DNA of 64,000 nucleotides, taken from Roseibacillus sp. (GTDB lineage Bacteria; Verrucomicrobiota; Verrucomicrobiia; Verrucomicrobiales; Akkermansiaceae). Under the pieces are notes generated by a model that was not told where the DNA came from, did no database searches, and saw only the letters and a list, made by a program, of their open reading frames with translations. Each line of letters begins with the position of its first letter. Positions within the stretch are counted from its first letter, which is position 1. A program made the translations under genes and the position numbers. The stretch covers positions 160,001-224,000 of the forward strand of contig JBPOGI010000002.1 in the NCBI GenBank assembly GCA_051251855.1, written 5' to 3'. Shown here one piece after another: positions 59,408 to 64,000 of the stretch.

Positions 59408-60635
59408 AATAACTGTGCTGACCGATCGCTTCAAAGTCAAATCTGAGCTCCTTGAACCTGATGGGGAATTTCAGCTCGACGAATTCCTTGTGCCCTTGAA
59501 GGGACATTGTGCCCTCGACAAGGTCAAAACTGACGATGGGGCGAGTCTCGTGTATCGTTCACGATTTGACATTTTTTCGCGAGGAGCGCTTCGTGTGAGG
59601 ACTCAATCTCGAACGAATGGGAGCACGCGCCGGGAAGAGCAATTCATCTTATCGATAGAGCTAAACCTCCGAACCCTGCTTTTCGGACACAACGGCGTTC
59701 CCATTCGAAACAGCAATGAGCTTTGTTTCGCTCTTGCAGTCATTGCCCATGCTCTCAGTAAGATACTCGTTAATCCTGAGTTGGCGGTGGAGCTCATACC
59801 CGGGGCGGGTAGCAGGCAATGGTCCTATTGGAGCCGGATTGAGTTGGCTTTGGATGTCGCTGATCCTGGAAGGGATATTCTTGGAGCTATGAACAGCTCT
59901 CGAAGTCCGAGAATCCGGAAGAATGCAACTTTTTATCCCAATTCTGTCTACCTGCAGGGGACAAATGCAACAATCAAGGCCTACGACAAAGTAGCGCAGA
60001 TGATGGATAAGCACGATGTGGCAAGGAGGGACGTTATTGCGGATGATGAGCCTCTTACTAGACTGGAGATCGTTCTCGAAAGAGAGAAGTTGGTCGACTT
60101 TGATATGCTCGCCAATTCGGCGGACTGGCCCAAGCGAATGCAGATAGCCGGCAAGTCTCGGCTGGTATCTTTTACATTGGAGAAGCTAGCGAGATGGCAT
60201 CGAAGTTACTTCTCCGAACTTCATGCCGTCTTTTACGCTGAGGCGTCCGAGGGGGCAACCAGACGTGAGAACTATGCAGCTGTCCTAGCGGCTGTCGCCC
60301 ACAAAGGAAAGGTATCCCCCAACGAAGTGCGAGACGCGATAGTTAAATATGGCAATATGAGTAAAACCACAGCTGATCGATTTCGTGTCGAGGTGGAAGA
60401 CTTCTCTGCAGCTCGTAGTGAACTGAAGGCTGAAAAGATTCTTTCTGAGAAGGCCTACAGGAATCCTCCCATACTTGCCGTAGAAGGCCGAAAAGGCTGT
60501 GATTTCTACTTACGCTATTACGGCTCTTCACAGATGTTTCAATTCGAACAGCCGATTCGAAGAGCCTATTGTGATAAAGACTCTGGAATATTCACACCAA
60601 AGCAGGATTTGATGTACTTCCGTCCTGGAGCGTAG
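59391..60635 (+). CDS. Rep_trans-like rolling-circle initiator/relaxase (divergent)
   Basis: Ordered motifs IELN, SRIELALD, VYLQG, IKAYDK, TRLEIVL, as in Rep_trans/MOB_T/phage G2P proteins (RxDxAxD, Y..G, YdK, RxE). Confidence 0.6.
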   Translation: MLDQSRITVLTDRFKVKSELLEPDGEFQLDEFLVPLKGHCALDKVKTDDGASLVYRSRFDIFSRGALRVRTQSRTNGSTRREEQFILSIELNLRTLLFGHNGVPIRNSNELCFALAVIAHALSKILVNPELAVELIPGAGSRQWSYWSRIELALDVADPGRDILGAMNSSRSPRIRKNATFYPNSVYLQGTNATIKAYDKVAQMMDKHDVARRDVIADDEPLTRLEIVLEREKLVDFDMLANSADWPKRMQIAGKSRLVSFTLEKLARWHRSYFSELHAVFYAEASEGATRRENYAAVLAAVAHKGKVSPNEVRDAIVKYGNMSKTTADRFRVEVEDFSAARSELKAEKILSEKAYRNPPILAVEGRKGCDFYLRYYGSSQMFQFEQPIRRAYCDKDSGIFTPKQDLMYFRPGA

Positions 60636-60638
60636 TGG

Positions 60639-60983
60639 TGCCAACTACGTGGCGCTCTTTCGCGATGGGCGAAGCCCAGAGTGGAAGGAGCGCTACTTTC
60701 GGCGTGGGCGTTAGCCCGCGCCTTCTCGAACCACCTTGATACCTACGAATGGCGGTAGCGACAGTCAGGCCTTGCGCAGCAAGGACGGACCGAGCACCGC
60801 CGTTCGACCTCCGAGGACCTAAGACTTTGAAAGGGCATGGGGGACCCAAGACTGAGGTAGTCCGGGCCGAGCGAAGCGAAGGCATCGGGCTACGAAGTCG
60901 CCGGGGTCATCCGAAGGATTGCGCAGCGCGATAGCGCGGAGCAACCTGCCCCTCCAAAGTCAATGTCCCGGCACGTAGCGGCA
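60639..60983 (+). other. Highly structured non-coding element (candidate single-strand origin / oriT region)
   Basis: Closed by TGCC..CTACGTG / CACGTAG.GGCA; internal hairpins with GAA/GCA triloops; lies directly after the Rep-like gene. Confidence 0.6.
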
Positions 60984-61019
60984 ATACTTTGCAATCACTC
61001 GTCAATACCGTAGACTAAC

Positions 61020-62237
61020 TCACTTGCTAGATTCCTCAGTCACTTCGGTCGCTCCCTGTTCGTTAGTCTGGCTGTCAGCAGTTGATGCAATGATCAGCCG
61101 CAGCTTTGTGACGTAGCCGTAGAACAAAAGGAAGGCACCAATAACAAGCAAGGCAGGGACTGTGGATTGGATGACTCCACTTGCGTTGTAAGAACCATGG
61201 ACGGTCGAAGCCACAAGAAGTCCTACCAAGAATAGCGCGCACCTCCGTGTCCTTGTCACAAAGCCGAGAGCTATGAAGTAAGAAAAGATTCCAGAAAAGA
61301 GAGCGTGGGCAAACACGAGCGACATAGAGCGCAGCATGACGTTGACCATCGCTCCCTGTACTCCTTCTACAAAACCTTTCGCTCCAAAGTTCATAGCCAG
61401 TTCGGCTGACATCATGATCGAGCGGTCAGCATACGACATGTTCTCGAACGCCGCGAAGCCGAGACCAGAGAATAATCCTACGAGGATAATCTTCATCGGT
61501 TCTGCGCTCTTCCTCTTCCAGAGCAGGTAGGCCGCGACGGGAACCATCTTGAGCAATTCCTCGCAAAGACCAGTCTGAAAAACTGAGCCAAAAAGCATGG
61601 CAGGCAAGCTGCGGCTTTGCGGTAGGTCTAAGTAAGCCTTTGGAAGGAAATCATAGACGGCGAGAAGCAAAGGAATCCCGATAACGCCTGTGAAAAATAG
61701 CGAGAGTAGGGGGAGTTTCCAGCTTCCGTTATCCTCTAGAATGAACTTCTTAAAGATGACTCCCCAAAGGAGGGCGAAGAAGAGACAGAATCCGGTGAGT
61801 TGGATCCCCGTACTATTGAGAGAGACGAGGAGCAATGGAACAACGCCCATCGTGGCGACCGACCAAAAGATGAAATCGCGAAAGACAAGTGACATGTTCA
61901 GGGAAGTCAAAGGTAAGATCTCTTCCTTGAAGTCCATGGCCTGCAAATCGGAGAGAACTATCTTGGCATGCTTCTTGGCCTCTAAATTTCCCAAGTGGCG
62001 AGCGATGCGTGATGGCGAGTTACCGGCAGTAGAGCCTTGTCCTGATTGGCCTGGTTCGCTGGTTTCTTGCGCTGTGGTTGACTCGTCTGGTGACACGACA
62101 ATCTCAGCGCCGCAAGAAGGACATTCAGATTTAAGGCCGACTTGGCCTAAGTCGGCCGAAATGTGCTGGCCACATGACTGGCAGCTAAACTTGAAGCCGT
62201 CGTCGTTCTTTGTTTCGGGTAGTGCAATCTCTGCCAT
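61020..62237 (-). CDS. PrsW-family intramembrane metalloprotease with N-terminal zinc ribbon
   Basis: CQSC...CPSC; EELLK, GLGFAAFEN, HALFS, HGSYN motifs. Confidence 0.88.
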   Translation of the reverse strand: MAEIALPETKNDDGFKFSCQSCGQHISADLGQVGLKSECPSCGAEIVVSPDESTTAQETSEPGQSGQGSTAGNSPSRIARHLGNLEAKKHAKIVLSDLQAMDFKEEILPLTSLNMSLVFRDFIFWSVATMGVVPLLLVSLNSTGIQLTGFCLFFALLWGVIFKKFILEDNGSWKLPLLSLFFTGVIGIPLLLAVYDFLPKAYLDLPQSRSLPAMLFGSVFQTGLCEELLKMVPVAAYLLWKRKSAEPMKIILVGLFSGLGFAAFENMSYADRSIMMSAELAMNFGAKGFVEGVQGAMVNVMLRSMSLVFAHALFSGIFSYFIALGFVTRTRRCALFLVGLLVASTVHGSYNASGVIQSTVPALLVIGAFLLFYGYVTKLRLIIASTADSQTNEQGATEVTEESSK

Positions 62238-62319
62238 TTAAGGGAGGGGTCTAAAGTTACGATAGCTCCAATAACGGAGCAAATGGAGCGTTTGGGCTTG
62301 CTACCGTCAAGCTCCGAAA

Positions 62320-62595
62320 GTGGAGCAGAAGCAACAACCTCAGAATCTTGTAGGCCCGGCAGTCCGGAGGCTGCGTATGGCTGCGGGGTTATCTCAGGAG
62401 AGTTTCGCTACGAAGCTGCAACTGAGCGGTTGGGATTTGAGCCGGGGAGGACTATCCAAAATTGAAGCTCAGCTAAGGCGCGTCAATGATGCCGAGCTGT
62501 ATCTACTTGCCAAGGCTTTCAAGTGTGAGATGGGGGATTTGTTCCCAAAGCGTCCAGCCAACTTGGAGAATGTCGTTAGGTCAGCTCGCCGATAG
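62320..62595 (+). CDS. XRE-family HTH regulator
   Basis: NLVGPAVRRLR...GLSQESFA.KL....W...R..LSKIE...RRV...EL..LA.A. Confidence 0.88.
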   Translation: MEQKQQPQNLVGPAVRRLRMAAGLSQESFATKLQLSGWDLSRGGLSKIEAQLRRVNDAELYLLAKAFKCEMGDLFPKRPANLENVVRSARR

Positions 62596-62669
62596 CCAAG
62601 CAGGGGATGCTCTTGGGTATGTGAGAAAATAGGAGCTTGGGAAATTAGAGCGTAGTGATAAAAACGGAG

Positions 62670-62984
62670 ATGAGAATCCTCCTGCAACTGATCATTTCCG
62701 CCAGTATTTTGGGACTAGTTTCATGTTCGTCTGTGGATACAGGTAACGAACCTCCCAACTCGTTTTTCACTTCTGCAAGTCAGAACGGCGCAAGCGTAAC
62801 AAAGTCGGTGAAGCCAGATGTGAGTTCGGCACAGATCAAATCCACTGTGCCAGCCCGAAAGGTGACCAATTATTATTCATCGGAAAGCGTGAGCCAGCAA
62901 TGCTCCGGCACTACGAAAAAAGGGCGACGCTGCACACGTAAGACGACCTCCGGTGACGGGCGCTGTTATCAACACAAACGATAG
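62670..62984 (+). CDS. Lipoprotein with C-terminal C-x9-C...C-x2-H (DUF5763-like) motif
   Basis: Lipobox LGLVSC; QCSGTTKKGRRCTRKTTSGDGRCYQH. Confidence 0.7.
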   Translation: MRILLQLIISASILGLVSCSSVDTGNEPPNSFFTSASQNGASVTKSVKPDVSSAQIKSTVPARKVTNYYSSESVSQQCSGTTKKGRRCTRKTTSGDGRCYQHKR

Positions 62985-63234
62985 AACATTTTGACGAACA
63001 ACCTTGCCCTTAGGCTGGTGGCCATGACCACGTGGCAATCATTTTGGAAGGTGATGGCCGGGGTTCCGTTTGTTGTGGTTCTGCTTGCTATCGCAGAGAG
63101 CCTGAAAAGCGTGGAACTCGGAGTATTGTCAGGCGGTGGGAGCGGTTATGCTGATGAATAATCCGGCTTTTCGTATACTTGTCTCCGAGCCAGTAAAACT
63201 TGGAAGACGTTGTTACGTAGGCGAGCCGCTAGAT

Positions 63235-63280
63235 AAAAAAGCAGGCCTGCCACCTTCGTGGAGAAGGTGGCGCGGCAAGC
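63235..63280 (-). terminator. Probable terminator of the ligase gene
   Basis: Stem GCCACCTTC/GAAGGTGGC with an A6 run on its left (T6 on the minus strand). Confidence 0.55.
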
Positions 63281-63291
63281 TTGTAGCGGTG

Positions 63292-64000
63292 TTATCCTGC
63301 AGCTGGTGAAGGCTTATACTTGAGTTGTTGGGTTGTGCAGTCGGTTGAAGGGAGATCATCCCGGGTTCCGAGATAGCATGGTTGGTAAGTCGCGCCGCTC
63401 TCCCTGAAGGCATAGAGATAGCGGACCTCTATGACTGCTCCCACGACAGGCATTTCCTTGTTGGCTGGAATGGTGACGTTGCCAGCAGGCTTCACTTCGC
63501 CAGCCGAATCGTAGAGGCCGATGGCAACACTTCGCTTCGCATTATGGGCGGTTACGAGGAAAGAGGCTGTCTCGTAGAACTTATACTTCAACTGACTGCC
63601 TCCGCTGTTAGGTCGCCCGGATGAGTAGGGGGCGTTGATGTCCTTGAAGACAGCACCTTCACGTTCTTCGCTGAGGAGGTCGTGGTAAGCCTCATACTTG
63701 TCTCCCGGTTCGATGGCGGTGCTGACCCATTGTAGGGATGGCAGGCTGGTGCCCACGAGCTGAATCAAGCGAGAGTGCCGCTCGATGTATCGATGGTTTC
63801 GTAAGTCCTCGCCATTGGCCTCTAGGAGATCGAAGACGTGGAGTACGTCGCCAACCGCCTCTCCGTCCATGAGGAAGTCCCCGGGCAGCTGAGAGGCCGC
63901 CTCGTGGATCGTATCGGGCAATGCTACAACGAGACCTCGGCGATTGATGCCGATGATGTCCTCGCCAGTCTTGCGGATCATCATTCGTCGGCCGTCTAAC
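63292..64000 (-). CDS. ATP-dependent DNA ligase (5' end outside window)
   Basis: LDGRR at the window edge (motif I, Lys codon cut off), LMDGE (III), FDLL (IIIa), EGAVFK (IV), LKYK (V), OB domain VIEVRY...QP.Y...RDD. Confidence 0.88.
   Translation of the reverse strand, partial: LDGRRMMIRKTGEDIIGINRRGLVVALPDTIHEAASQLPGDFLMDGEAVGDVLHVFDLLEANGEDLRNHRYIERHSRLIQLVGTSLPSLQWVSTAIEPGDKYEAYHDLLSEEREGAVFKDINAPYSSGRPNSGGSQLKYKFYETASFLVTAHNAKRSVAIGLYDSAGEVKPAGNVTIPANKEMPVVGAVIEVRYLYAFRESGATYQPCYLGTRDDLPSTDCTTQQLKYKPSPAAG

Larger units (their letters stand above)
55143..64000. mobile_element. Integrative element / genomic island at tRNA-Thr (continues beyond window)
   Basis: tRNA fragment, integrase, and phage/plasmid-type genes (DUF3102, DUF5131, Rep-like, XRE, ligase). 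Confidence 0.85.

Noticed and set aside
63024..63161. 45-codon hydrophobic ORF (MTTWQSFWKVMAGVPFVVVLLAIAE...)
   Set aside because: Could be a small membrane peptide or gene remnant, but there is no motif or other support.

Overview
Bacterial chromosome segment, most likely from Verrucomicrobia (PEP-CTERM protein, sulfatase, DxDGDG/GTNP-type surface protein). Bases 1-55140 are mostly core genes: argC-argJ, a KamA radical SAM enzyme, MoxR, exbB/exbD, def, kdsA-lptC/A-lptB, hemA, apt, pgi, metF, scpA, nadD, pdxJ-acpS, thiH-thiS, upp-prfA, tRNA-Pro and tRNA-Gln. At 55143 a 3' fragment of tRNA-Thr(CGT) marks the boundary of an integrative element that runs past the window end. It carries a tyrosine integrase with a C-terminal HTH, a repeat-bearing DUF3102 protein, a DUF5131 protein with a split Cys motif, a Rep_trans-like nickase, a ~345-bp multi-hairpin non-coding element, a PrsW protease, an XRE regulator, a lipoprotein and an ATP-dependent DNA ligase. 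The most interesting candidates are: (1) this apparently rolling-circle integrative element and its folded origin-like DNA; (2) an MglB/roadblock-like protein paired with an MglA-like pseudo-GTPase that has lost its P-loop (10267-11810); (3) a compact, 6S-like structured RNA at 46190-46324. All family calls come from motif recognition by eye; no searches or folding programs were run.
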